A DNA stretch of 64,000 nucleotides from the human T2T-CHM13v2.0 reference genome, Homo sapiens, in the NCBI RefSeq assembly GCF_009914755.1, contig NC_060935.1; one strand, 5' to 3'. Below are positions 12,515 through 26,823 of the stretch, in pieces. Position numbers and translations under genes: made by a program. How positions within the stretch are numbered: the stretch's first letter is position 1; each line of letters begins with the position of its first letter. The notes beneath the pieces are model-generated. The model was not told the origin of the DNA. It did not search any database and was given only the letters and a program-made list of their open reading frames with translations.

Positions 12515-15500
12515 CACAAATTCTGTTTCTTTAACATATTCCATCCCCAGGCCTTTTTGTTGTTGTTGTCACAGAATTATATCTTTATTCATTGTGTGCC
12601 CCAAACCACAAACTAATAATTCTTTTAAATAATTAGCCTCTTAAGTTATGTAGAAAACAAAAAGTGGAGTTACAAACCATTTTTGTAATTGCCTACATAT
12701 TTATCTTTTTTGAGACCTTCATTTCTTCAAATGTCTTTGTGTCCCTGTCTAGTGTCCTTTTATTTCACCTGCAGGACTCCCTTGAGTATTTATTGTAGAG
12801 CAGGTCTAATGGTAAACTCTTTCAGCTTTTGTTTATCTGGGAATGTCTTAATTTCTTCCTCACTTTTAAAGGATGGTTTTGCCAAATATAGGATTCTTGA
12901 TTGACAGTTTTTTTCTTTTTCTTTTAACACTTTATCATCCCACTGCCTTCTGGCCTCCAAAGTTTCTGATGAGAAATCTGCTGACAGTCTTATTGAGGAT
13001 CCCTTGTATACGATAAGTCACTTCTCTCTTGCTGCTTTCGAGATTCTGTGTCTTTGGCTTTTGACAGTTTGATTATAATGAGTCTCAGTGTGGGTCTGAG
13101 TTTATCTGACTTGGAGTTGGCTGAGCTTCTTGGATGTTTACGTATTTCATCTAATTTCAGATGTTTTCAGCCATTATTTCTTCAAATATTCTCTCCGCTC
13201 CTTTCTTTCTCTTCTTCTAAGACTCTCACAAAGCATATGTTGGTCCATTTGATGGTATCCCATAGGTCGCTTAGGTGCTGTTCATGTTTCTTCAATCTTT
13301 TTTCTTTATGTTCCTTAAACTCGACCATTTTTATTGTCCTATCTTCAAATTTGTGGATTCCTTCTTTTGCCCCCTCAAATCTGTCTGAATCCCTCTGGTA
13401 AATTCTTCATTTCAGTTATTGTACTTTATGGCTCCAGAATTTCTTTTTGGCTTATTTTTAGGTTTTCTCTTTTTTGATCCTCTATTTTGTTCACACATCA
13501 TTTTCTTGACTTTATCTACATCTTCCTTTAGTTCTTTCAGTATCTTTAAAAGAGTTGTTTTAAAGTCTTTGTCTGGTAGCTCTGCCATCAGGTCTTTTTC
13601 AGGGACAGTTTCTGTTTGTTTTCCTTTTAATGGGCCATAATTTCCTGTTTCTTTGTATGCTTTGTGTTGAAAACTGAACATTTAACTAATGATGTGGTAG
13701 CTCTGGAAATCCAATTCTCTTCTTTCCCTAGGGTTTGCTGGTTTCTGTTATTGTTTTTCTGTAGATGTTGTAGGCTGTCTCTGTGCCCAGGATCAGCCTG
13801 AGGTATAAACTGTTGCTGTTTTTCTGTTGATCTTGTGGACTGTCTCTGTGCCAAACATTAGCTTGCAATGTAAACTTAAGGTCTTCTGGAGTCTTTTCTG
13901 AGTGTGAACCTTTCCCTGAACACACATGGTCACTTTCTAACTTTTCCTGTATATACAGTTGCTTTTAAATGTTCTAGTTTTTAATGTCTGGCTCTTAAAT
14001 GGGAAAAAGAGAAAAATAAAGGAGAAGGAAGGGCACTAGCCCTTTAAATCCTTTGGAAGTCACTTCAGCTGGAGGGGGAGAGTCTTGCAACAACAGGAGA
14101 GGTGCAACAACAATGGCCACCTGCTTTTGTGTCTGTATTTCTTTGATTAGAAGCAATAATCAGTGATCAGAGCTCAGATACTCTGTATTCACTATAGGGT
14201 CCTTTTTGTCCACCCTGGCTCTCACAAGCTGTGTGCAGGTTGCTGCAGGAACACCCATACAGCCGCCTGACAGGGGGCTGTGGTCAGAGTAGCTGCTTTC
14301 ATGTTAACAGCTAAAATTGACTGAAATTAAGCACAATTTACTGTCCAAGACTTCCCCTGGAAGTTTCATGCCTTCAATAGACTCCAGTGTTACAAAACAG
14401 TTACATCAGACAGATTCTGCCAGTGCAATTGTTGTCTAGGTGGGAAGATGGATTCCTGATGCTTCCTACTCTGCCATCTACCCAGAATCCTCTTCTCTGT
14501 CCATTTTTACAAACGTTTTTCCTATGTTGTAAAGTGAATTAACAAGTTGTAAGAGTAGTAGCCAACATTCATCAAATACTTACTAAACTATTAGTGTGTT
14601 ACTACATTCCAGGCAGTGTTATACACGTGCTATACAGATAATTCATTTAATCCTCACAACAACGTTTGAGGTAGGGACTATTGTTTTCCTCATTTTACAG
14701 ATAGTAAGGCAGGGTGGGGGGCGGTGGTTAAGAACTTGCCCACTTTGAAGCCAGGATTCAAACCTGAGGTTTGGCCCCAGAGTCTGCACCTTGCTATAAT
14801 GAGTGAATGGGTGAACGAATGAACAATCTTGCTTATTACAGAGGTATCCTTGGTATGCCATGGCAGCACAGAGGAAGGGTTCCTAATAGTACAATTAGGG
14901 GTTGCGGAGGTCAGGGGAGGCCTCCTGGAAGAAGTGATACCTAAGCTGAATTTTGAATAATAAGCAAGAGACGGGGCAGGGCAAGGGGCACTTCTGTAGG
15001 CACAAAGAGAAGCAAAGACCCAGAGGTGGTAAGGAACTGCCAGAAGCACAGGAAACCCCAACAGCTGGGGATGTTGGAGCATCAAGTTGAGGCAGGAGGG
15101 AAGGCTGAAGAGACAGCTGTACTGAGGCACAGACCAAGTGTTTCTAGGCTCAAAGGAAGAGAAACTGCGGGAAATGGAAATGTCTTTGTGCAGGAGGTGG
15201 CAGGGCTCGGAGGACAGTGAAAACTGCAGCTGGTAGATTGAACTGAGAAAAGCATTCCAGGCAGGGGAAAAAGCATGGAGGTGGAAGAGTGGGAGAGAAA
15301 TATTTAGGGAAGCATTTGATTTGGCAGAATGGGAGAAGCATTTGTCATGCATTGACTGCTGAGACACCAGCAAAGCCCAGGCACAGAATTCCGCCCTCCA
15401 GAGGAATGGCTGGAGTTCTGTCCGTGAGCCAGTTTTCAGTTCCAGCTGTGCAATCCTGGGTAAGTCACTTCTGAGTCTCAGTTTCCACATCTGTAAAATG

Positions 15501-16062
15501 GAGGGGATAATCAACTACCTAAGAAGCCTGCTCAGAGGTTTAATGAGAACATGCATGAAAGGTCTTCCAATTCCAAGGTATTCTGTCATGTCCCGCGGTC
15601 CTCGTACTGACATCAGAATAACCAGAGGAACTTTTAGAAAACATAACCTGCCACATGCCACATCTACAGAGTCAGGGTGGGGGGCAGGGGTGGAGACACA
15701 TCCTTTTTCTTCCAGCTCTTCTTTTCTGCTATTTCCACACATGGTCCTGATGCTTTATTAACTTAAGACCTGCCAGCTTCTGATAGCTGAAAAGAAGAAA
15801 ATGCAGCAAGAAAAATAGAGATCCTGGAGGCTCATGGAGATACATTGGATCTGAAGGGTTTTCTGGTCAGGGCTTGATCGCTATAATGAAGGACAGAAAA
15901 TGAAAGACCTGTCTCAAAACATGGAAAATGAGCAAAGCGGCTGAAGGGACGAATAGTGTCTTCTGACCTCCACTCAAGGGCTCTTCGAGAAAAGAGATCT
16001 TCCAACAGATCACCCGCAGCTTCAGTATGGCTGTTCAGGTAAGTCAATTAAAATCACACCAC

Positions 16063-16362
16063 GACCAGACATGGTGGCTCACACCTGTAATCCCAGCACT
16101 TTGGGAGGCCAAGGCAAGGAGGACTGCTTGAGCCCAAGAGTTCGAGATCAGCCTGGGCAAGATGATAAGACCCTCGTCTCTACAAATAATTTAAAAATTA
16201 GCGAGGCACATGGTGGTGTGCCTGTAGTCCCAGCTACTCAGGAGGCTGAGGCAGGAGGATCCCTTGAGCCCAGGAACTCAAGGTGGCAGTGAGCTATGAT
16301 TGCACCACTGCGCTCCAGCCTGGGTGACAGAGTAAGACCTCATCTCTAAGCAAATAAATAAA
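16063..16362 (+). mobile_element. Alu (AluJ-like)
   Basis: Full dimer with an A-rich tail. Confidence 0.9.
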
Positions 16363-18549
16363 AGCACACAGCACCCTATGGCTTATAACACATTTGCATC
16401 TGTATTGATTCATTTGATCACCCCGATATCCCTGGGAGATAGGGCTTCTTATTTATCCCTATTTTACAGGTAAGGAAACTGAGGCTTAGGGGAGAAAATG
16501 ACTTACCCAAAGTCCACAGTTAGCCAGGGATAGAGGAGTGATGGTTTGCACCTGGGATCCTTAGATTCCCAGGCCTTTCTGCTACACCACCTCTGCTCTT
16601 TGTGGAGATTAAAAGGCAACAGAAAGAGCACTGGAGCCCTAAATGTTGTGCCAGCTCCGCAGAGAACATGCTATGTAACCCCAGACAGATCTCTTGCCCT
16701 TTCTGGGCCGCACCACTATCCATCTAGTGTGGTTGTTTGGATTAAATCATGATCTTAAAAGTATCCAGCACAGTCCCTGACATGTCACAGTGGCCAAGAT
16801 GATCACAAGAAGGGGAAGAGAACGGTGAAAATGATGGTGCTTATATACAAAGGACATGGCAATATCACAGATGGAGAGGCCAACTTCGCCAGAGAGAGGA
16901 CTCCCTGGGGGCGAAGACACTGAACAGACATGAAGAATGGAGAAGGTCCACCTCCCTTCCCTTACTTCTAGGTGACTAGGGGACTAAAACTTGGGATGTG
17001 TAAGAGGGGGTGGCCAGAACTGATGCTGGAGAGTTAAGGTGAGGTGGGGGCATATCACATAGGCCTTGAATGCCACACCAAGCAGTTTGGCTTTTGCCAT
17101 TGAAAGGTTTTAAGCAGGCAAGTGTCATGATCCATTCTGCAGATCTGCAGTTTAGAAAGGGCACTCTTGCTGGAATGTGGACAGCAGACAGAAGAGGAGA
17201 GTCTAGAGGCACAGAGACTCTCAACTGGAGGCACAGTGATGAGGGGAGGTGGGTAAAGTTCATGGAGATCCACCAGCTGAAGCCCCTCAAGGCCACCTCT
17301 CCCTAAGGGGAGGTCAAGGGAAATGATGAATGTGAAAGTGCTCAGAAACTGCTGCCAGCTACCAGCCAGTGTGAAGGGTTGTTGATTACTTTTATGTTAA
17401 ATGTGAGGCCTGGAGCCTCCAGCCCAGCTGGCTAGAACCTGCACACACAGTGCAGTGGGAGTTAGCTTCCCTGAGTTCCCGGGCAGTTGGGTATTTTCAT
17501 CTCCAGTTCTCAGATGCTGAACTTGAGACTCGCTAAACAATTCCACATGGAGGAGAGGATGGAAATCGTTAGTCTAGGGCAAGGGGAGGGGGGCGCCATT
17601 CCTTCAAAAGAATGTCCCTATGGGAGGGGAGGAAGCAGGAGGAATATAAGCTAGACAAGCCAGGGAGTCCAGAGGTCATTCCCGGGCACCCTCCCCTCCC
17701 AAGCCTGCTGGGCTTTACAGTCTCTACCCCAGTCCCTGACGGAAGACATTTAGCAACCACACAAAGGAGCTTCCTGTGAGCCAGACTAATGCTTTACCTA
17801 AATTACCTTGTTTATTCCTCACAATAGCCTCTTCTACAGTTGCAGACACTGAGTCTCAGAGAGGTTAGGTAACTTGCCTAAAGTTACCCAGAGCTGGTAA
17901 GTGGCAGGGCTGGAACCTGAATCCTGACCAAGCTTGGCCCTCACCCGATGCTGATTGCAGGTCTCTCTCCCATCTAGGCCAGGAGCCTTTAGAGAGGGGA
18001 GGGAATGGGAGGGTGGGAAATGGGAGGGGCCCGACTCCTCTCTATGGGTCCCAGGGGTTGTGGAGTTGAATCCCTGCAGCCCTTTTAAGCCCAACAGTGA
18101 GGAAGACACTGGATACCAAAGGGCCCATGGTGCCATCCCAAAGACTGATAAGGAGTGTGAGCTGGATGATCACAGAAGGACTCCTAGTTCTGAAAGCTGG
18201 GATTCTAATCAGGAGAGGACAATGAATGGAGAGGAGAGACGGGAGTTCTCCCTGCTTCCACACATATGAGACCAGGCTCCTAGCCTTTTCTCTGCACATT
18301 CCTAACTGGCAGGGTCCACAGGTGTCAACCCAAGTGCATCCCCAAGACCACACAATGGCTCTGAGTGCAGAAAGGACCTGCAAGACCAGTTTGTTTTCTG
18401 GGCAGCAGATGATTTTGCTGGCCTGAGGCCTGGGGCAGTGGTCTCCACTCCTACCTCACCACCTCTCTAGTGTCTTCCTTCTTCCCCAAGTAGACCGGCA
18501 TGCATGCACACACAGGCCCAAGCAACTCCTTTTTTTTTTTTTTTTTAAT

Positions 18550-18746
18550 GAATAAGAAAAAGTAATAAGGAAAGAAGCAGCAAGCAGACTGGGTGTGTTA
18601 ACAAGTCTGGGCCACTGCAGGAGGTACATTGCCCAATTTCTGCACCCCGAGGCCCTCCAAAGTCTAGGAGAAGCTCCTGGGAGGTCCAGGGCCCAAGACC
18701 AAAGCCTCTATCAACTCTCCCACCTGTGAACTGCCCCTCTCCCAAG
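18550..18746 (+). other. TSKU: Candidate alternative upstream first exon of TSKU
   Basis: Donor AAG|GTAGGC at 18747, about 1 kb upstream of the main exon 1. TSKU is recalled to have alternative 5' exons. The start is not resolvable from sequence. Confidence 0.4.
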
Positions 18747-19309
18747 GTAGGCATTGTCGGGGTGTGTAGACTGGGAGCCACCCACACACCTGACTCTCCC
18801 CTCCTAGGAAATGCGTCCACCAGGTCATTTCTCCTGCAAACCCTCATTTTAAAGTGTCTTGGATGCTTTCCTGCCCTTTTTTTTTTTTTTTTAACATAAA
18901 GAGGGGTGAGAGCCCAAGAGCTACAGCAGGGGGAATAGACTGAAACTGCTGCCTACTCACACGCCAGTTTCCCTTCTTAGAACTCTAACCAGAAGCCAAT
19001 GGTTTCCTCCTAAAAGAAAAACTCAATCTGTTGACTTTCTCTCTCCTCTCCTGCCAGCTTTTCTGCCCGAGCCGGGCTCTCTCTTCTCTGTGGGTTCGTC
19101 TTTCAGCCAGTCTTTCTCTGCTTCAGATTCTTGGTTTCTTGCTCCCGGTAGTCCCTGAACCTCTTTCACTCTTTAAAAAAAAATGGGGAGGGGCGGTGAA
19201 CAAGCAAAGAGGAAACCCTCACCCACCCACCAAATCTCTTTCTTACTAGCAACTAATTCCCTCTCTCTTTCCACACACACAGTCATACACACACATACAC
19301 ATACACAGG

Positions 19310-21100
19310 CACGTACTCCGGCGACCTCCAGATGTTCCCGACAGTGCGGCCATCTGCTTAGATTGCTGGGGCGCGCAGGGGGAGGGGGCAGGGATCCGGG
19401 ATGCAGGAAGCTGTGAGCGAGGCCAACTAGAGGGGGCGGGAGCAGCGCACTTTTGAGACGCTCCCTAGAGTGGAACCCGGGCTCGGCTCAGGCTCCGCGG
19501 GCGGGGCGCGCGCAGAGAGAGGCTGGCACTTTGGCGACACTCCCTGAGCCGCCCCGCGGCCGGCCCGAGCCGCCACCCGGCGCCCGGCAGGGGGGAGCCT
19601 GGCTGCCGGCGGGGACCGGGGGGCGGGCCGCGCCGCGCGGAGAAAAGCGCTGGCCGGAGGGCCCGCGGCCGGGCCGCCGGGGTGAGCGTGCCGAGGCGGC
19701 TGTGGCGCAGGCTTCCAGGTGAGTGCAGTTCCCCGGGCGGGGCGAGAGTCCGCGCTGCGGTTGAAGATCCCAAGTCCCCGATCCTAGCCTCGCGGCCCCT
19801 TCGGAGGGCGGGCTGGGGACGCCGGGCGCAGGGGCGGGGCTGGGTCCCGCCGAGGCCCCTCAACTTTCGTCGGACGCCTAGGGCTGGGCGGGAGTGGGGA
19901 ACGCCGACCCAGGGGAGAGGTCTTGCGGGAGACAAAGGCTACGCCCAGGGGCCGTGTGGGTCTTTGTGCGGACACGTGCATCTCACGTTTGTGGGTCTTT
20001 GTGGATTTGCGGTCGGGGACGCGCCGCTGCCGGTGCCTTTGTGTGTCCGTGGCTTTGCGCGGCTGCTTTGCGCCCGTGTCCACGTTTGCGGGCCTGCGCT
20101 TGGCTGTGGGCGTCGGTGGGCGCATCGCGTGTCTCCGCGTACGTGGTCGGTGCCTGCCGACGTGTCTGGGCTGGGTGTCCGCAGAGGGTGTGCGCACTGA
20201 GAGCCCAACGCCGCCCCACCCCCCCGCTCCCCCGCCGTCCCCTCGGGCCCACGACTTGGCTCCAAACTTTTCTCCCGGTTCCTCGGGCAACAGCCCCAGT
20301 CCTCCCCACCGCTACCCGGCCGGGGGCGCAGACAGCCCTCCCCCTCCCCCTCCTGAGGTCCCAGGACAGCAAGGGGCTGCGATGGGATTGGTGGTCGGGG
20401 GATCGGCAGCGCCTGGGGACTGGCTGGGCAGGGGCTGGGCGGAGCGTGCGGACTCCCCCTCAGACCCCGGCTGGGAGGAAGAGGCGAGCGGTGGGTCCCA
20501 GGCTCCGGCCCTGGGCTGGGGAGAGGAAGGGACAGGGCGGCTGGCGTTGCCCTCCCCGCGCTTCTTGGAAAGAGTGTGATCCAGAGTTGCGTCTGTTTGG
20601 TAGGGAGACAGGCTCCGCTTTGAGACCCACTCTCCGTTTGCAGCCCGCCCCCGGGGTAGGGGGACCAACCCTCGGACCCGGTAGGGGAGAGGGGGACTGC
20701 CAGTCCAGATCTGGGCATGCCCGAGGCGCCGGCTCACAGGACCCGGAGCTGGGCTGGGGGCCGTGGGTGCCTCACATACACAGGTTTCAACTGGGACGGC
20801 CACTGGCCCCTGTGCGGCGCTGGCAAGTTGCTCAGCTTCGCGGAGTCGCGGTCACTCTGGCACGGACAGGGCGAGAACTCCCTCGCGGCTCGGGGCGTGC
20901 GGTGGGAATAACCCGCGCCTCTGGAGCCGGGCGGAGAGCAGCGCCAGCCCACACTTGGCCTGGCGAGGAGGTGACTCAAGACCTTCGATTCTTCTTTCAT
21001 CTTTGTGCGCCCTGCCCTTCGGATAAGTCTAGACTTGCAGTGCCTGGGGCTGACCGGAGGTGGGGGGGGGGGGGTGCTCAGAGCTGCAGGAGCCTGCTGG
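19310..21100. promoter_or_regulatory. TSKU: CpG-island promoter of TSKU
   Basis: Very GC- and CpG-dense stretch with several GGGGCGGG (Sp/KLF) boxes, e.g. near 19431, 19736 and 19831. Spans exon 1 and the start of intron 1. Confidence 0.92.
19500..19718 (+). other. TSKU: TSKU non-coding exon 1 (start approximate)
   Basis: Lies in the CpG island and ends at a strong donor CAG|GTGAGT (GT 19719-19720). Joining it to the 31920 acceptor gives ...gcaggcttccag/cccccaccATG, which matches my recollection of the TSKU mRNA. No upstream ATG seen in the exon. Confidence 0.75.
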
Positions 21101-24100
21101 GCTTTTGAGCCTAAGTCGCAAAGATAACCGTAAACACCCTCCTCCCCACCGCTCACTCCAGTCTTTAACCTAGAACTTTGTCGGATGCTGCAGACATGAT
21201 GGAAGGGCACAGGCCGCTAACCTGGGAAAGAAACAACTGTGGGCATTTTCCTTTCCCTCTCCGGCCTCAGTTTCCCTTCTGGAAGGGGAGGTATTGATAG
21301 CCTCTTCTGTTCTGGCTGACTGCTTCAGATCCCAGAACCCAGAAACACTTTGATGTTTAACCTACACCTCCATTCTGACCTGACCTATTCCGAGGCACTA
21401 CTTTGCTCCCCAGGAAGGCTGCAATGCAACCGCCACCGGGCTTCCACCTACCCTTCCTCCAACACCAGGAAAGGCAAAAGCTGATAAATGAGTCAAAAAT
21501 GGAGAGGGAAGGGAGGGGGATTGACCTTTTCTCCTCTTACTTTTTAAATGACAGTTTGTGGTGGTAAAGTCCAGATCAGTCTTCTTCTTAATCATAACTC
21601 CTGGGTCAACACAGGGGATGCAGTTAAGAGTTCATGCTTCAGTTTTCAGAGCAAGGCTGGCCTGGGCACTGAGGACACTTCCTAAAGAGGGTTGGGTCCT
21701 CCCTGAAAGCCACCTGGCCAAAACAAGTCCTAAGAGGGGTTCTGTGGGAATAACCCGGAGAAGGGGCCTGACAGGAGATTCCTCCTGCTCATGGTTTTGA
21801 AGTCAGTGGGTACACAGGGGAGGCAGGAAGAATCTCCCACAAAAGGATCAGCATGTGCAGGACCTGTGCATGAAAACAGCACAGGTGGTCAGCATGGTGG
21901 ACCAGCAGACGCAAGGTCTTGAGGGTGGTGAATTGGAAGTGAACTTGAGGCTGGGAAGGCAGGGACCAAATCACCAAGGCCTTGAATGTCAGGCCGAGAA
22001 GGGGGACTTGAGCCTGTAGGCAATGGAGAGCTCCTGGAGGATTTAAACAGGCACAGCAGGGTGCGGTTGGTAATTCTATGAAACCCGTCTCTGGCTTGTG
22101 GGTGGTGCTGGAGGCCGAGAGACCAATCTGGAGGGCGAGTGATCCAGCCTCTTAGAGTCAAAGGGACCCAGATTTTACTCCCACCCCATTGCTTCCTACC
22201 TCTGTGGCCTGGGACAAGTAACTTATTTAAAATGTGAGGATACTAATTCTTGCTCCACTGATTTGGTGTATTAAATAAGATAATGAATTACATGTGCAAA
22301 TAAATAAAAAGTGGTTTGTAGTGTGTATTACATTGTGCAGACATTCATTGGATTGCACTGACAATAGAAGGCAGAGACAGCATTGACTCTGGTCCTAAAC
22401 CTGATCTCACCAGCGGGCAGAGCCCTAAGCATCCTGCAGGGTTGCACCAATTGTTATGTTCCCCACAAAGCAGAAGGGAGCTTTCTGTCCATGACATTTC
22501 ATTCATCTGATTTATCACCTTCATGTGGCCAGGCTCGTGCAGGCAAGGAGGTAGACACAGATTCGTAGATGGCCACAGAAGTGGGCCAGTACCTTGTCGG
22601 GGGCAGCCCAAGGGCCATGGGCGCTCACAGGATGGGTGGCCTTTCCTGGATGAGCGGCAGGTTAGACTGGGAAAGCCTCACAGAGGAGGTGGCTTTTTGA
22701 ATCAAATGTGTGAGAGTTTGCTGGTAGACAAAGAAGGGTATCTTTGCATCAGAGGGAACAACGTGTGCAAAAAGGCAGGTGGCTCTAGAAGAGTCACAGG
22801 CCTCTAGACTAGAAAGCTGTCTCTGTGGGATGGATTTTAAAGAGGGAGCTGTAGTAGGGTCCCAGACTTCTGTTGGGAAGTGCGTTCTGGTGCCAGCATG
22901 GCTGGCAGTTGGAGTCAGGCCAGGAGCGAGGCTGTTGCAGCAGGTCTCTTGAGCCTGACCTGGACAGGGGGAGGTGACTGCCCAGCTTAGGGATGAGGGA
23001 AAGGGAAGACAGTGACCCCAACTGCCCAGGGGGATCTGCGAATTTGATGCTGAGCCCTCATTCTGTCACAGGCAACACAGCAGCTTTTGCCTGCTTTGGT
23101 CTCTGAGACCTTTCCAGCTCACCCTTCCCAGTCTCCTGGGAGTGCCTTGTCAGCATCTTGTAGCCACACTGGGATCCTGGATGGTATGTGGAGAGAGGAT
23201 CCAAGGCCTCTGGGATGAATTGTGGATTCTTCTCCATCTTCAGCCCCTGCCTTCCCTCAGGATTTGCTGGTGTCACAGCACCTTTTTCTTCCCTGGTCCC
23301 TGAAATCACTCACTGGGGACAGGAACCAACATTCAGTGAATACCAACATGTGCCAGGCCAGGTCTGGGTCTTCACTTTGCCTCATGTAATCATCACAGTG
23401 ACCTGTTAGGACCAGCACTGGGATTATCACCATATTACAGACGAGGACTCAGAGGGGTGAGGGCACGAGCAAGCCTCAGAGCAGTGAAGGCCCTGTTGGG
23501 TTGGAACCCAGACTGCCTGGCTACAAAACCCTTGCCCTCTGCCCCATAGCGCCTCCTCATGTGTCCATGTACGCTGCCTCAGGTTGATGGGAACTTGAAA
23601 ATCTTCAAGAAGAAGACATATTGAAAGGAGAAAATCTTATTGGGAGCCTTGCCCATCTCCCTGTAGATTATCCTCCTTGGGTAAGTTGCTAGGCTTACAG
23701 GTCCCTGCGATCATGTCATGGAGGAGGCCAGGTACTGGATGTCAGAATACCTGGGTCCTGGGTCCAGCCCCTGTCCTCTCTGGCTGTGTGACTCTGGACA
23801 GATCACAGAACCTCTCTGGACTTCTTAACACAGCTGTAAAGTAGATATGACGCCATCTAACCTGCTGATCCTGCAGGGTGACTGAACAGATGGTAGTTGA
23901 GGAAGCATGGGAGAGGTTGAGAGGTGTCCTTTGGTGAGGTAGCGGTATTCTAGATGCTTGGTGCATCTTCACGTGGTGTCTGCTCTGTACCAGGCTCAGT
24001 GCTCAGCTTCAAGGGCATAAAAAGGAACCTAATCGCATCCCTGCCCACAGCAGGATAGACAGTTAAACATGTAAGTACAGTTCAGCATGACCAGGTCTAA

Positions 24101-26823
24101 GCACATGTGCTCATTTGTAAGCTGAGGCAGAGTGGATTTGGAGCTAAGACATCTGGGGTTAAGTCCGGGGTCCTCTCCTTCCCAGCTGAGTAACATCCAT
24201 TTCTGTGTCTGCAAAATAGGGACAGTATCCCCAGGGTCAAGGCTCTGGTGAGGCAGAAGTGAGATGCTGGTGGAGAGCACATGGTGGGCTGCTGTGTTTG
24301 TCCAGATGTGCTGCATTGGTGGGTCTGTTGCAAGAGCTGGCCCTCAGGGCTCCGGGAGTCTGGCCTTGAAATTCTTTCTGCCTTGCGTTTCCAGAGCTGA
24401 CAAAGTGGTTGGAGGGCAGGACGTTTCTGAACCATCCACCTGGGGATTTCCTCGGCATCAGCTTGAGTGAACTCATGACTGAGGGGAGCAGGGTGGGAGG
24501 CAGCTCTGTGTTGAGGAACAGCTGATCGAGACAAAGGCCGGTCTCGGGGGTGCTGGGGCCCTGTACCAGTGGGGCCCTGTGCCAACAGTGCCCTGTGGAA
24601 GTTGTCGAGGGCGGTGGGGGGAGCTGGAAAACTTTACAGACCAGAGATGCTGTAGTGCAGCACCAGGGTCAGGCAGCTGGGGCCAGGTAGGTTCAAGCTG
24701 GAACCCAACACCCAGAGAGCTGTCCTTATCAGCAGACACCAGGGAAGTGACTGAAGAATGTCATCACAGCCAGTCTCGGACCTGCTGTGCTCCTGGCGCC
24801 ACACTGGGAACTTGGGTGGGGAGGAACATGAAGGATCACATGGTGACTGCCTTCAGAAGGCTTAGCAAATCACCGTCATTGTCTACCACACATTGAGTAT
24901 TTGTGTAGCAGATAGTGAGTGGAATGCCTGCCATTCTGTCATTTAATCCTTTCAACAAACCTGTGTTCTTAGCCCTGTTGAGGACCCTCGGAGCGGGTCC
25001 CAAGACTTACCCAAGGCTGGTAGGTACAGAGCTAGGTTCACACCTGGTCTGGGTCTTGCGGTTGACCCGTTCATCCTGCTCTTCCTCCACACACCCTCTA
25101 GGCCTGGCTCTGATCCCAGGTGGGGGAAAGAACACACAGGTAAAGTAGGCAGGGCACCGCCCCAAGCTGCTTACACATCAAGTAGGAAAACAGCAGGTAA
25201 CTCACGGCAGAGAATTTACTGAAGGAGGCCTGTGGGTAGCCTGTGGGGTGAGAGGCCAGGAGGGAGGGGTGGCCCGAGGGCCTGAGTGGACAGAACAGGC
25301 TTTGTTTTGCTGGGAGCAGGCCAGGGGCAGGCGGGATGGATGCATGCAGTTCTGGCAGTCACATGAGGCATCAGGTCCCAGGTCCTGGGCCCTGCTCTGC
25401 CATTCCTTGCTGTCACTGCCCCTCTCTGGGCCCCAGTTGCCCATGATCCCCAAGGGGCCTTCCAGCTCCCAAGCCCTGGAATTCTCCAAGTTTGGAGATG
25501 TATTAGCAGAGGCTGAGAGTTGTTCAAAGTCCATCAAGGGAAGGCTGTTCCCACTTTGGCTGTCAAGGAGGGTTCAAATCCAGATGAGGGGCTGGGGACA
25601 GGTGGGAGGGGAGAAGAAGGTGGTGACAACTTACAGGTGCCTCGTGCATGGGAGAACTTGATTTCTGTAGGTAAAAAGCAGAACCCAAGAGGTTTCTGAT
25701 AAGGAGAGTGATGTGGCCAAAGCTGTTTTAGAGGTGTCTCATAGCAGTGTGTGCGGTGTCACCTGGGGAGACCTGCCTGGAGCCTGTTGGGGCCGTACCA
25801 TTTACTCTTTGTCCTTGCAGGCCATCAGCAAACTTAGAGTCACTGTGGACCTGGCCCTGTGGGCCCAACAATGCATGATTCATGGCCCCTGCACTGGAAG
25901 GCCTTACGGTATATCCCCCAAATCACAGATGGATGTGGTTTCTAAGCCCTTGTCCTCCTGTTCTTGTGTTTTATAATCTGGTCAATCAGTGGATATCTTG
26001 TATCTGCAGGTCAAGATTTGGAAAAAAATGTTGAATCTTGACTGAAAGATCCCTTTCTCCCTCAGCCTTCTTTGGTGGCTACCAGTCTTCATTTCTCTTT
26101 TTCCTGGGGGTAGAGTACGGGTCCCAGAGGGAGGCAGTGTGAATATTGTTACACAGATAAGAAAACCAAGGCCCAAAGAAAACAGGGAAGGTCACACAGA
26201 TAGTGGCACACCTGGGACTAGAGCCCCAGTCTCCTGGGTCCAAAGCTGGTGTTAGTGATCTTGTTATAAGTTGGTCTTCTGTTCTCATTGCTGGTCTGTA
26301 AGCCCCATGAGGACAGGGACCCTAGTATCTATCCCATCACCACCCACCCCCCGCCCCCCACTCCCTCCTGGCCTAGCCCAGTGCTTTGTATATACTTAGT
26401 AGAAATTTAGGATATGCTTTTGTTAAACTTTAAAATCCTGAAACTCTGGAGTTGGATTATCTAAACTGAACCTCTTACTGTGAAGCTGGAGAAACTGAGG
26501 CACAGAAGGGGGAAGAGACTTGTTCAGAGATGAGATGAGGACAGTCCATGGCAGAGCAGGCACTGAGACCTAGGGCTCCTGACCATCCTGCAGGACTTCT
26601 CTTGTCACCAGGCACAGTTGCCCTGTCACCTCCCTGTCAGTGCCCCAGAGTGTGGGGAGGGAAGTAGTCGGTGACTGTGTCTCAGGGGGCTTCATCTACC
26701 ATTGGCTGCACATTTGTCAGCGTCCTGGTGCTGTGCTGGGTGTTTCACACGAACGATCTCTAGCCCTTGCGGCAACTCCTTGAGGAAGGGAGTGTTAACT
26801 CCATTTTAACTCCCCATGACTTC

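Noticed and set aside
18300-19400. Divergent antisense lncRNA at the TSKU promoter
   Set aside because: Plausible, and I vaguely recall an annotated antisense RNA, but exon boundaries cannot be supported from the sequence.
21062-21074. G13 run as a functional G-quadruplex
   Set aside because: Common at CpG-island edges, and nothing specific supports function.
19894-21108. 404-aa ORF and other long overlapping ORFs in the CpG island
   Set aside because: GTG start, low-complexity Arg/Gly/Pro/Ala composition, and ORFs open in many frames. This is expected from stop-codon scarcity in GC-rich DNA.
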